DNA of 64,000 nt from a virus (IMGVR_UViG_3300045988_144812:96001-160000), one strand, 5' to 3'; counted from the stretch's first letter, positions 8,465 through 18,080 are shown. Numbers and translations are program-made. Notes: generated from the sequence alone by a model not told the origin.

Positions 8465-10370
8465 TTTAATCAATAAATATTCCTATCATTACTATACCTT
8501 AGATGATCCTTTGGTTTCAGATAAGGAATACGACAAGCTTTATAAGGAACTCTCTCAATTAGAGGAACAACATCCTGACTTAGTGTTAGATGATTCCCCT
8601 GTTAAGAGAATAGGAGATAAAGTTTCACCTACTTTAAGTAAGGTCAAGCATAAACACATTATGGGTTCTTTAAAGAACTGTTTTGATGTAAATGATCTTA
8701 ATAAGTTCTTTTCATTTCTACCGAATCAAACAGAACTCATGGTCCAGTCTAAGTTCGATGGTTTGGCATTAGAGTTAGTTTATCGACAAGGTAAATTAAT
8801 TTCAGCCTCTACTCGTGGTGACGGGTTTATTGGTGAAGATGTGTTAAAGAATGTATTGACTATAACTTCTATTCCTAAAGAAATTCCTATTCAGAAAGAA
8901 ACTATTGTTTATGGCGAGGTCTTGATGTTCATAGATGTTTTTAATCAACTGAATCAAGAACGACTAGCTAGAGGAGAGAAACCCTTTTCTAATCCTCGTA
9001 ATGCTGCCGCAGGGTCATTGAGACAATTAGATCCAGAAATTACTCGTCGACGTCAATTACAATTCATTCCATATACAATAGAACCTAAACAAACCTATAA
9101 ATCTTATTCAGAAATGACCAGTGCTTTATCTAGACTAGGTTTCAATACTTTTGTAAAAGGTATTGTTACTTATCCTTTAGATAAAGAAGTATTAAGCAAG
9201 ATTGTTTCTGAGCATAAGGTTACTCGTAAAACAGATCAGTACGATACGGATGGTATTGTATTTAAGGTAAATGATTTAAGTTATGCGAAACCTAATGAAG
9301 GTAAATTACCTAATTGGGCTTGCGCGTTTAAATTAGACCCAGAGTCAGAAACTACCCAAGTCGTTGATATTGTCGTACAGATTGGTAGAACAGGAGCGAT
9401 CACACCCGTTGCTATTCTTACACCAGTATTAGTATCAGGTTCAATAGTTTCTAGAGCAACTCTAAACAATGCTTCTTTTATTAAGCAGCTAGATGTAAGA
9501 ATTGGTGATTTTGTACAAGTAAGAAAAGCAGCAGAAATCATTCCTGAAATTATTTCTGTGGATTTAGACAAGAGAGATCCTGATAGTAAACCATTTGTCT
9601 TTCCAGATAAATGTCCATGTTGTCAATCTCAACTAGTTACAGAAGAAACCATTACTCGTTGCATGAATAAAGAATGTGAAGAACAGCTAATCCAGAACAT
9701 ATTGCATTTTGCTTCGCGGGATGGAATGGATATTAAAGGCGTGGATGAATTCATTATTCGAGCTTTATTTAAAGCGAAAGCAATTTATTATCCAATTCAT
9801 TTATACCATCTGTCTTTAGAAGATTTAGAAAAAGTATTAGGTAAAGGATTAACTGCTAAAAATGCTTTTGAAGCTATTGAAGCTTCTAGATATACGACTC
9901 CTGAGAAATTCTTATATTCCTTAGGAATCCGTTTCGTAGGTGAAAGAATGTCTAAGCTTTTATTAAAAGAGTATAAAGACATTATGCGTTTATTAGACGT
10001 TACTTACGAGGAATTAGTAAATCTAGAAGGTGTAGGACCTATAAAAGCTAAAGCCATTTACGAATATCTTTCTAATCCAAAGAATCGTGATTTGGTTCTA
10101 AACTATTTAGTAGAATTTAAGTTTAAGAAAGAAAAGAAGCTTTCTAATAAATTAGATCAGAAGACATTCTTGATTACCGGTACGTTAACCAGACCTAGAA
10201 AGGAAATAGAGAAGCTGATTACGGATAATGGCGGTACAATGTTATCGTCAGTTAGTAGTAAGCTAAACTATTTAATTGTAGGTGAGAATGCCGGATCGAA
10301 ATTAGAGAAAGCTAAGAAGTTAGGTATTGAAATCATTGAAGAAAAAGATTTAAATGATTTCTTAAAGTAA
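8427..10370 (+). CDS. ligA: NAD-dependent DNA ligase
   Basis: Adenylation motif KFDG, then SNPRNAAAGSLRQLDP, a C4 zinc finger (CPCCQS...CMNKEC), HhH region and a C-terminal BRCT-like GTLTRPRKEIEKLI...GSKLEKAKKLGI. Start chosen at ATG 8427 (aaaggaaattgaagATG); 8409 (TTG) or 8448 are alternatives. Confidence 0.9.
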   Translation: MDSIYFRMVELVDLINKYSYHYYTLDDPLVSDKEYDKLYKELSQLEEQHPDLVLDDSPVKRIGDKVSPTLSKVKHKHIMGSLKNCFDVNDLNKFFSFLPNQTELMVQSKFDGLALELVYRQGKLISASTRGDGFIGEDVLKNVLTITSIPKEIPIQKETIVYGEVLMFIDVFNQLNQERLARGEKPFSNPRNAAAGSLRQLDPEITRRRQLQFIPYTIEPKQTYKSYSEMTSALSRLGFNTFVKGIVTYPLDKEVLSKIVSEHKVTRKTDQYDTDGIVFKVNDLSYAKPNEGKLPNWACAFKLDPESETTQVVDIVVQIGRTGAITPVAILTPVLVSGSIVSRATLNNASFIKQLDVRIGDFVQVRKAAEIIPEIISVDLDKRDPDSKPFVFPDKCPCCQSQLVTEETITRCMNKECEEQLIQNILHFASRDGMDIKGVDEFIIRALFKAKAIYYPIHLYHLSLEDLEKVLGKGLTAKNAFEAIEASRYTTPEKFLYSLGIRFVGERMSKLLLKEYKDIMRLLDVTYEELVNLEGVGPIKAKAIYEYLSNPKNRDLVLNYLVEFKFKKEKKLSNKLDQKTFLITGTLTRPRKEIEKLITDNGGTMLSSVSSKLNYLIVGENAGSKLEKAKKLGIEIIEEKDLNDFLK

Positions 10371-10375
10371 AATAA

Positions 10376-10406
10376 AATAGAGATACCTCAATAAGGTATC
10401 TCTATT
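10376..10406 (+). terminator. hairpin terminator after ligA
   Basis: aatagagatacc-tcaataa-ggtatctctatt followed by ttta. Confidence 0.7.
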
Positions 10407-10433
10407 TTTAATCTCTTTGTAAAGGACGTAATC

Positions 10434-10682
10434 ATGTTTAATTTTATTTGTAAATTATTTTCTAATTCTCATGAGTCAGTTATTACTGGAAAACTTACTC
10501 TCAAGAATAAGGATAAGATTATTGCCGAATTAAATGGTTGTAGTCTAGTAGAAAAAGTCTTATTAAGTCGTACAGGATGTGGCGATGATATGGTGCTTTA
10601 CGTAATATTTAAGAAATCTATCAAGGTAGTGAATTATTTAAAATTACTGCTTGATGAAGTATGGAAAATAAAGATACTTTAA
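10434..10682 (+). CDS. hypothetical small protein
   Basis: 82-aa ORF with RBS aaaggacgtaatcATG. Flanked by two near-identical terminator hairpins. Confidence 0.55.
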   Translation: MFNFICKLFSNSHESVITGKLTLKNKDKIIAELNGCSLVEKVLLSRTGCGDDMVLYVIFKKSIKVVNYLKLLLDEVWKIKIL

Positions 10683-10697
10683 TAAGGTATCTTTATT
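10667..10697 (+). terminator. hairpin terminator, near-duplicate of 10376-10406
   Basis: aataaagatac-tttaataag-gtatctttatt followed by tttttgtttt. Overlaps the stop codon at 10680-10682. Confidence 0.7.
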
Positions 10698-10705
10698 TTT
10701 TTGTT

Positions 10706-10733
10706 TTATTTTAAACCTATAATATTAAAATGA
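10706..10733 (+). promoter_or_regulatory. class-I AT-rich promoter-like box
   Basis: ttattttaaacctataatattaaaatga. Sits directly after a terminator, 64 nt before ATG 10797. Confidence 0.55.
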
Positions 10734-10796
10734 GTAGTGAAGGAAGGCTACTATAAATAAACTTCTTATTTTTAACCTAAATAAAAGGAATAAGAC

Positions 10797-11708
10797 ATGA
10801 AATCTTATAGTGTTATTGCTAAACAACTCGGTAGTGTATTCGCATCTGCTTCTAGTGATAAAACCATTCAGCAAACCTTAAATGACTTTTACATTTCTGA
10901 TGAAAAAGCCAAAAGAATTAGGGAAGCTAATAATGCTCCCTCTGATGCTCCAATTCCAATGGAAATCACAGGTAAGTTAGCTGCTGACTGGTTTGGGCAT
11001 CTTGATGAGATGTCTAAAAATCCAGATAATCGTGTTCGCTGTATTGAGTTAACTAGACTCTTAAAGAAATCTAGTTTATCTTATTTTCCGTTATTTTTCA
11101 CTTTATTCCACGAAATGAATAAAGTGGTCTCTACAACACGTTATAAAATGGAAATCTTTAAAGAGTTTTTAATTAGTCGTTATGAAATTGAAAATCAAGA
11201 AGAGTTTGATGAGTTTGTAGATCTTGTGGTTAAGGAAATGTGTTACCTGATGGTAACACATAATCATTACCGCAAATTCATTAAAGACAAAATGAATTTT
11301 ACAGGAATTCCAGTCGTAGATTCAAATGGCTTTAAAGAATTCTTTTATAACAGTAGCGTTGAAGAATTGGATAAAAGGGTACCAGTATATTACGATAAAG
11401 GATACTTGGGTACTACTGAAGAATTTATCCAATTACCTAATGAAGAATTAAAGAAACATAGACTTGGTACGTGTTTTGGTTTTGTTTTAAATACTACATT
11501 TGGTAATACTGAATTTATCGCAGGTAAATTTAAACCGAATGAAAAGTGTTTATCTTATCAGTTCCTTAAAGAATATCGTGATGAGAAATTGAAACATAAC
11601 AAAACCATGTTCTATAAACCCAAACATTATGCTAAGTTAATACCTGTTTTCGAAACAATCGACAATAAGAAAGTTTTGAAAATGTTAGTATTTAAAACTA
11701 TAGACTAA
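10797..11708 (+). CDS. hypothetical protein
   Basis: 303-aa ORF with RBS aaaggaataagacATG. A class-I promoter-like box lies upstream. Confidence 0.7.
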   Translation: MKSYSVIAKQLGSVFASASSDKTIQQTLNDFYISDEKAKRIREANNAPSDAPIPMEITGKLAADWFGHLDEMSKNPDNRVRCIELTRLLKKSSLSYFPLFFTLFHEMNKVVSTTRYKMEIFKEFLISRYEIENQEEFDEFVDLVVKEMCYLMVTHNHYRKFIKDKMNFTGIPVVDSNGFKEFFYNSSVEELDKRVPVYYDKGYLGTTEEFIQLPNEELKKHRLGTCFGFVLNTTFGNTEFIAGKFKPNEKCLSYQFLKEYRDEKLKHNKTMFYKPKHYAKLIPVFETIDNKKVLKMLVFKTID

Positions 11709-11718
11709 ACTTAATACG

Positions 11719-11744
11719 GAGTAGGGGTAATATTACCCCTACTC
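11719..11744 (+). terminator. hairpin terminator (CTAC family)
   Basis: gagtaggggtaa..ttacccctactc followed by tattttc. Confidence 0.65.
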
Positions 11745-11779
11745 TATTTTCAAATTTAATTACATAAGGAAATTTTAAA

Positions 11780-12778
11780 ATGGAATTGTACAACCCTGAA
11801 ATCGAACTGTTGGGTGTAGAAATTGATATTACTGGTGCGTATTCAGAATTAGATAAATTACTGAAAACTGTTCTCGGACCAGTCATTAAGAATTTTGAAT
11901 TGGAATCTACAGATGATAAATATATCTGTAATATTGAAACAACAGATGGAAAGATTCTAATCTACGATCTGGATAAAGAAGGAACTAACTTATCTGAAGT
12001 TAATATATTGCACATAATCGCATTTAATTATTTCAAAGAAAAACGAATGACTGATAACAGTGCTCTTTGTCGATTAATTCAGAAACAATGTAAAGAATTG
12101 TTTGGTGATAAACATTCTGAAATGGTTTATCGAATTGAACATTTGACAGATAAAGTAGTTCTTTATCTGGCTGTATCTAATCTGAATGCTTACCCTAAAG
12201 AGAAAATCAAATCTAATATCCAAAACGATACTCAGTCATCTCCTAACTACACTCCTATCGCTAATCTCGTTGGATTAGGTCCTAGTGCTAAAGGATTGGT
12301 TTCTGCACTTAGTTGTGTTAATTGGAAAATCGAAGAGGAAGTACTCAGATTCGAAGCGATCAGTGTATCGAATTTTTATGTAAAATTTGATCCAGCATTT
12401 GGTAATTTTGGATTCATGATTAGACAGAATAGTGTTGAAGAAAGAAATGCTTTAAGTGAATTAGCTGAATTGCCATTATTCTATCCTAAGAATTCTTATT
12501 CTTACTTATTCGATAAAGAGAATCCAATTATCGGAGCCATAAACAATATTCCAGTTATTGAAACAAAAGACAGAACCATCTTTATTGACGGTTCTTGTGT
12601 TGTTAAGAGTATTGAAGATAGTCTCTTTACAAAATCTAAATTGATTTGTGGTTCTGTAGAAACTATTTTCCGTATTCCTCGTATTGATTTAGTTAATCTT
12701 ATCTCTATTGCTAAGCACAATGCTAAACAATATACTGTCAATTCAAGTAAATTCTCTTTAGAGAATTTTGATCATTAA
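11780..12778 (+). CDS. hypothetical protein
   Basis: 332-aa ORF with RBS aaggaaattttaaaATG. Confidence 0.7.
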   Translation: MELYNPEIELLGVEIDITGAYSELDKLLKTVLGPVIKNFELESTDDKYICNIETTDGKILIYDLDKEGTNLSEVNILHIIAFNYFKEKRMTDNSALCRLIQKQCKELFGDKHSEMVYRIEHLTDKVVLYLAVSNLNAYPKEKIKSNIQNDTQSSPNYTPIANLVGLGPSAKGLVSALSCVNWKIEEEVLRFEAISVSNFYVKFDPAFGNFGFMIRQNSVEERNALSELAELPLFYPKNSYSYLFDKENPIIGAINNIPVIETKDRTIFIDGSCVVKSIEDSLFTKSKLICGSVETIFRIPRIDLVNLISIAKHNAKQYTVNSSKFSLENFDH

Positions 12779-12790
12779 ACTTTAATAAAC

Positions 12791-12821
12791 TAATACTAGA
12801 GGGGCAATCCCTCTAGTATTA
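12791..12821 (+). terminator. hairpin (CTCTAG variant), weak T tract
   Basis: taatactagaggg-gcaat-ccctctagtatta. Confidence 0.5.
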
Positions 12822-12843
12822 GTAAAAGATAAGGATATTAAAA

Positions 12844-13047
12844 ATGAAAATGCTGGCTAAACGTATTAAATTCCATAAGAGAAAATATCGTTTCGTTAGA
12901 TTTAGTAGCGGTGAATATCTTGTAGGTAAGCTTAAACGATATAAGAATCGTAAGAAGAAACAAAAATTAGACATTTATCTTCGACACATGGAGATTAAAA
13001 TGATAAAATTTATAGAGGAAAATAAAGACGATTTATTTTCTAACTAA
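12844..13047 (+). CDS. hypothetical very basic small protein
   Basis: 67-aa ORF with RBS aaggatattaaaaATG. Lys/Arg-rich (KRIKFHKRKYRF..., KRYKNRKKKQK). Confidence 0.5.
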   Translation: MKMLAKRIKFHKRKYRFVRFSSGEYLVGKLKRYKNRKKKQKLDIYLRHMEIKMIKFIEENKDDLFSN

Positions 13048-13055
13048 ATTTAAAA

Positions 13056-13072
13056 CTAACTTTATAAAGGAA
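13056..13072 (+). promoter_or_regulatory. class-II box
   Basis: ctaactttataaaggaa, 6 nt before ATG 13079. Confidence 0.5.
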
Positions 13073-13078
13073 TTGTGA

Positions 13079-13486
13079 ATGAGTCCATCTAATGTCGATT
13101 CAGAAATGGATCAAAAGTTCTACGATGAATTAACAAAAAGTATTGAGTCTTTCTTAAAGATGAATGATTCCAAATGGAATAAACAATACTTTGTTTACCG
13201 AGAATACGAAGGTGATAAAGAAACAAACTTAACAAAACTCATGACTTACAGCATTGATGTATATGCTGATCGAGAAACATGGATCAATTTTTATAACTTA
13301 ATGTCATTTTGGTTTGCTGGCTTAAGTGTTAGTAAAAAGAAAGATCATTACTTTAATCAATGTGTAATCAGTAATGCATACTCTAGAATAGATCGAACAG
13401 TCGTTTATTTAGGTTATGTAGACGAAATTGGCATCACCTATAAATACAACATGGCCATTCACCACAATGAAAGAAAGGAAGATTAA
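13079..13486 (+). CDS. hypothetical protein
   Basis: 135-aa ORF preceded by the ctaactttataaaggaa box. Confidence 0.65.
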   Translation: MSPSNVDSEMDQKFYDELTKSIESFLKMNDSKWNKQYFVYREYEGDKETNLTKLMTYSIDVYADRETWINFYNLMSFWFAGLSVSKKKDHYFNQCVISNAYSRIDRTVVYLGYVDEIGITYKYNMAIHHNERKED

Positions 13487-13488
13487 AA

Positions 13489-13701
13489 ATGAAGACGATC
13501 CAAAAGAAAAGAAAGAAAGCAGTTAATAGAAAATATACAGCTCCTAAATCATTATCAGGAATGGATAATCCTCTTGGTGAAACATATGGAAAACCATTTG
13601 ATGGTAGCTTTAATCAGAAACCTACCAAGCATGAAATTGAAGAGGCATTCGATGATCTTGGTATAGCTCTTGCAAAAAGGTTTAGAATTCCTTTAGATTA
13701 A
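13489..13701 (+). CDS. hypothetical small protein
   Basis: 70-aa ORF with RBS aaggaagattaaaaATG, 2 nt after the previous stop. Confidence 0.55.
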   Translation: MKTIQKKRKKAVNRKYTAPKSLSGMDNPLGETYGKPFDGSFNQKPTKHEIEEAFDDLGIALAKRFRIPLD

Positions 13702-13722
13702 AATACATTAAAAATATAATCC

Positions 13723-13748
13723 CCTACTCCTGATAACACAGGAGTAGG
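13723..13748. terminator. bidirectional terminator between 13489..13701(+) and nrdA(-)
   Basis: cctactcctg-ataaca-caggagtagg. Followed by T10 on the plus strand and by attatattttt on the minus strand. Confidence 0.8.
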
Positions 13749-13765
13749 AGATATTTTTTTTTTAA

Positions 13766-15571
13766 TTAGATTTTACAAGCACCACCAGCACAACCATCAT
13801 CCAGACTATCTTGAGTATCATTAGATCCATCGTTTGTATGGTGATAGTACAATGTTTTAATACCATACTTATACGCAATCAACAATTCCTTCAATAGTTC
13901 TTTCATAGGTACTTTGCCATTAGGATAATTGATAGGATTATAACGAGTATTCGTAGAAATAGATTGATCTACAAATTTTTGCATAATCGCTACTAATTTT
14001 AACATTCCGATATTGTTACTGTCGTACCACAAGTATTCGTAACTAGAATCTAAATTCTTATAATCAGGAACGACTTGTTTTAAAATACCATCTTTAGAAG
14101 CTTTAATCGTAATAGGACCACGAGGTAAATCAATACCATTAGTGGCATTACTTACTTGACTACTGCTTTCAGAAGGCATTAGACTAGTCAGCGTAGCATT
14201 ACGTAAACCATATTGGACAATATCCTTACGCAAGCTTTCCCAATCTAATTTATATTCAAACGAAGCATATTCGTCGATAGACTTTTTATAAGTGTCTATT
14301 GGTAAAACGCCTTTAGAATATTTAGTGTTTTCAAACGCACCACACTTACCTTTTTCTTTGGCTAATTGTACTGATGATTTTAATGCATAGTACTGAATAG
14401 CCTCGAATAATTCATGAGTCATCTGATGACCACTGCTATTACTATACCGAGCACCATTCTTAGCTAAGTAATAAGCGTAGTTAATCACACCAATACCTAA
14501 TGGACGATACTTATCTACAGAATTACGAGCTGCTTTAACAGGATAGTTTTGATAGTCTAATACAGAATCAAGAGCACGTACAATTAAGTCCATAGACTCT
14601 TCAATCTCTTCAAGATTATCTTTATCCACTGTACCCAGATTCAAAGCACCTAGAGTGCACAAAGCAATTTCACCTTCTTCATCAGAAATATTGTTTAATG
14701 GCTTGATAGGTAAACCAATTTCCATGCAGTTACCAGTCATGATGTTGTTAAATACAACAGAGTTATTTTTTGGTTCAAATACACAGAATGTATCGTGTTT
14801 ACCATCTAACTTTGTAACTGATTTTACAATAGACTGGTCTACTTTAATAATACCTAATTGAGTCGATGGGGTATTCCATTTAGACAGTTTCACACCATGA
14901 ACTAATTCTTTAGTAGGTATACGAGTACCATCTTCAAGAATCCATTTATGTTCACTAGTACAATCTAAATAACGACCATCTACTAATTCTACACGATATA
15001 AATCTTGATCAGTATTTGTTTTAACAAACTCAATACCTTCAGACCATTCAAAACCATTCCAGATAGTGAATTTCTCACCAATATAATCGCCAATCTTAAC
15101 CATGCCTTTATCAGTTAATACTTCGGTATCTCCTGAAACACACAAGTTACTGGTATAAATAGTTGCTTCTTTTTCAATAAATGAAGAATGGGTATTCATG
15201 TGGTCAGTATTCATGATGTAAATACGACCAGTATTAGCACGCTCTGACATCAACAATGTAAACAATTCAGTAGCTTTAATAGTCTTCTTAGGAATAAGAG
15301 GATTTGCTTCAGCTTCTAAATAAAGTTTTTCAAATAACTCTTGGTCGTTAAAGTAAGCATCGTATAAACCCTCTACAGAATGAGGTGACAATAAAGTAAT
15401 GTCTTTATCTTCAATCAGACGCTGATACATTAATTTATTAATCTGCACACCGTAATCCAATTGGCGAATACGGTTGTCTTCTACACCACGGTTATTTTTT
15501 AATACCAGTAATGATTCTACTTCTAAATGCCAGATAGGGTAAAATAAAGTTGCAGCACCACCACGAATCCC
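13766..15571 (-). CDS. nrdA: ribonucleotide reductase class Ia alpha subunit, exon 2 (contains mini-intein)
   Basis: Starts GIRGGAATLFYPIWHLEVESLLVLKNNRG (E. coli GVRGGAATLFYPMWHLEVESLLVLKNNRG) and ends DGCAGGACKI. The TTG 'start' at 15574 in the track is an artefact. Confidence 0.9.
   Translation of the reverse strand, partial: GIRGGAATLFYPIWHLEVESLLVLKNNRGVEDNRIRQLDYGVQINKLMYQRLIEDKDITLLSPHSVEGLYDAYFNDQELFEKLYLEAEANPLIPKKTIKATELFTLLMSERANTGRIYIMNTDHMNTHSSFIEKEATIYTSNLCVSGDTEVLTDKGMVKIGDYIGEKFTIWNGFEWSEGIEFVKTNTDQDLYRVELVDGRYLDCTSEHKWILEDGTRIPTKELVHGVKLSKWNTPSTQLGIIKVDQSIVKSVTKLDGKHDTFCVFEPKNNSVVFNNIMTGNCMEIGLPIKPLNNISDEEGEIALCTLGALNLGTVDKDNLEEIEESMDLIVRALDSVLDYQNYPVKAARNSVDKYRPLGIGVINYAYYLAKNGARYSNSSGHQMTHELFEAIQYYALKSSVQLAKEKGKCGAFENTKYSKGVLPIDTYKKSIDEYASFEYKLDWESLRKDIVQYGLRNATLTSLMPSESSSQVSNATNGIDLPRGPITIKASKDGILKQVVPDYKNLDSSYEYLWYDSNNIGMLKLVAIMQKFVDQSISTNTRYNPINYPNGKVPMKELLKELLIAYKYGIKTLYYHHTNDGSNDTQDSLDDGCAGGACKI
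14729..15142 (-). mobile_element. mini-intein (138 aa, no endonuclease domain) in NrdA at the SNL|C thiyl-radical cysteine site
   Basis: Insert CVSGDTEVLT...TSEH(TxxH)...VVFNNIMTGN lies between ...IYTSNL and CMEIGLPIKPLN (E. coli SNLCLEIALPTKPLN). Has Cys1, terminal Asn and +1 Cys. The penultimate residue is Gly, not His. Confidence 0.85.
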
Positions 15572-15929
15572 CAAATACCTTCAATACGAGTCGTTAATTC
15601 GTATTCTACCAATTAAGATAGCTCTATGTCACCATAGACGTTGAGACTATATCTTCTTCTCCAGCATTACCTGGTAAGATTCCAAACATCAGGAAACTAC
15701 ATAGAGGATTACATTAATCCACTGTAGTAGTCGCTCTATTTCCCCAAACTCCGTTACAGAGACCTCACTTGAGTGGTACGTCTTTCGACTAGTCGTTGAA
15801 CCTTCCCTAGATGTATTTATATACAATTAGGTATTGGCTGCTGATTGTCTATACTTTAATATAGATTTCCCAGCAATTAAGAGCGATATTTTTAACTCTG
15901 TATTTCTACAGAGCTGGGCAGGATTGTTT
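15572..15929 (-). ncRNA. group I self-splicing intron (T4 td-like IA2 type, ORF-less) in nrdA
   Basis: 358 nt between ...TCC CAG GGT| and |GGG ATT CGT. Removing it restores SCSQG-GIRGG (E. coli SCSQGGVRGG). The exon ends in U and the insert ends in G. P1 is GGGU|A with UGCCC. Core strings caacgactagtcgaaag, gatatagtctcaacgtctatggtgacatagagc and gaattaacgactcg resemble the td intron. Confidence 0.85.
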
Positions 15930-18080
15930 ACCCTGGGAACATGATTTAACTGCAGCTTGAAACATTTTCCAAAATGGAATAACGCCAGTATGGATAGCTT
16001 CACCTTTACGAATTTCACTACCTAATGCACGAATACGACCACCATTAATACCAATTCCAGCACGTTGAGAAATATACTTAACAATAGAGGAAGTAGCTGC
16101 ATTAATACTATCCAGACTATCGTCACAATCAATTACAGTGCAGTTATGTACTCCGATACTACCGGCAGTAAATGAATGTTCATTTTCTACTTCGATATCG
16201 TAAACCATCGGGTTAGTCTCATTAAGTAAATGAATGGCTAAGGTAACTTTAGAGAAACAATAACCATCTTTAAAGACGACATTATTTCTTATATACTTAG
16301 AATGTTCTTCAGATCCAGGAACTGTAACCATTACTGAACTTTCTAAATAATTCGCGTATCTTGCTTCATCATTACCTAAATATTCTTTTATAAGACTTAC
16401 ATTAGAACCGATTGAGAAGAATATTAAGTAACTTACCTCTCTAGTAATAACCTCAGAAATTGCTCCATTTGCTCTTACAACAGGGACTTGTTTACCAGGT
16501 TCTCTGAATGAGACACTGGGTTTTAATCCCAAACGTAGAGATATTTCAGTAAGTTGTTTAGATAGGAATTTATTACTTAGGCTTATAGTGATTCCTCTAC
16601 CGTCTAAAAAACCATCGGTTTCAATAACACCTAGCAACAAACTTAATTGTTTGTCGTGTTCCGAATTCATTACTTCTTTACTGATTTTCTTCTTATTGAA
16701 ACCAGTACCGAGATGATAAAGAATGAATTCTTTAAATACGTAGGAGTGTACTGATACTTTGCAACTATGGTCGTTGTCGTTATAGTTAACAGAACAATTT
16801 AAACCGAAGTTATCTTTTATAGTGTTAACTATAAATTCGATCTTATGCTTATCTTTAGCATTCATGGTAAACGCCACACAATGCACATTTTTATCACAAT
16901 GACCGTTTCCAATATACATACCCATTAATCTAAATATATCGTTATTTAAAACAATATCATTTTTAACAGGTTTTATCTTATCATCGTACTCACCCGACCT
17001 AACACGTACGTCTGATGTGGTTTTACGAATATAGCCATCATCACAAAGAGTATATCTTGGATTGTTTACATAATCGATCATTCTAATATTAGTGAATGGA
17101 ATGATTTCATTATTAAAAGGAATAGAAACATAATCACCTATTTTAATATCTTTAGCTTCCACCCATTTAGGCTCTGACTCACCTTTAGGCAAGGTCCAAA
17201 CAAGATGGTCTTCTGTAGACAAGAAATCATTTCGATGACTTAATGTCGATTTTAACTTGATGAAATTTTCACCAGTATATTGTCGGCATGTAAGTGTTTT
17301 TACAGGAGAGAACGACCCTTCCTTAGTTAAAACCATATCTCCAACATTTACATCTTCGATATATTTGTAACCTTCGCTAGTAAGTACTTGCTGGTCAGCA
17401 GGGAAACAACTACTAAACTGACGAGTAGGTGTACGTACACCTGCCATGATTGGAGTAGGCAATGAAATCTTAAACAATGACAAAGCATCGTAGAATTTCT
17501 TAATATATCCTAAACGAGTTTCTTTAGGGTAGTCAGCAAACAAACAAGTAGGAATTAAAACAAAAGCTACTTGAGGAGATTCGTACACTCGTTTAGTCAC
17601 TCGGTTTTGCACCAAGTATTTACTTTCCATTTGTTTAATACCGGCATAAGCGAAATTTAAATCTCGGGTATGGTCTACAAAGGACTCAATGGCATTAATT
17701 TCTTCCTCGGTGTATTTCTCTAAAATCTCTTTATCGTAAACACCTTTTTCAATCATTGACTGAATATGTTTATATAATCGAGTAGGTACGTATTCACCAT
17801 AAGCAATCTTACGAATATGGAACAGTGCTAAACGCGCAGCCATGTACTGATAATCGGGATATTCTGTAGAGATTAAATCAGCAGCAGATTTTACCAATGT
17901 TTCATGGATATCGGTAGTTGAGATACCATTATAGAATTGAATATGACTATTGATTTCTACTTGGGAACTAGAAACATCTAAACATTCAGCAGCCCATTCT
18001 ACTACACGGTGAATTTTAGCAATATCCAATGGTTCAAAATGGCCATCGCGTTTCTTTACTTTAATTTTTTGTTCAGTCAT
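15930..18080 (-). CDS. nrdA: ribonucleotide reductase class Ia alpha subunit, exon 1 (contains LAGLIDADG intein)
   Basis: ATP-cone VKKRDGHFEPLDIAKIHRVVEWAAE, ...ISLPTPIMAGVRTPTRQFSS | intein | CTVIDCDDSLDSINAATSSIVKYISQRAGIGINGGRIRALGS...AVKSCSQG. The track tail KQSCPAL* is intron read-through. Confidence 0.9.
16143..17408 (-). mobile_element. full-length intein (422 aa) with LAGLIDADG homing-endonuclease domain in NrdA
   Basis: Begins CFPADQQVLTSEGY directly after RQFSS. Has TxxH block (STEDH), two dodecapeptide blocks (FRLMGMYIGNGH, LLLGVIETDGFLD) and block G VYDIEVENEHSFTAGSIGVHN|C. Inserted before the Cys aligned with E. coli C225. Confidence 0.88.

Noticed and set aside
15827-16018. 63-aa minus-strand ORF overlapping the nrdA intron, considered as an intron-encoded homing endonuclease. 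Also the KQSCPAL* tail (15906-15929).
   Set aside because: The ORF starts inside exon 1 in another frame, is tiny, and has no GIY-YIG, HNH or LAGLIDADG motif. The tail is intron read-through.
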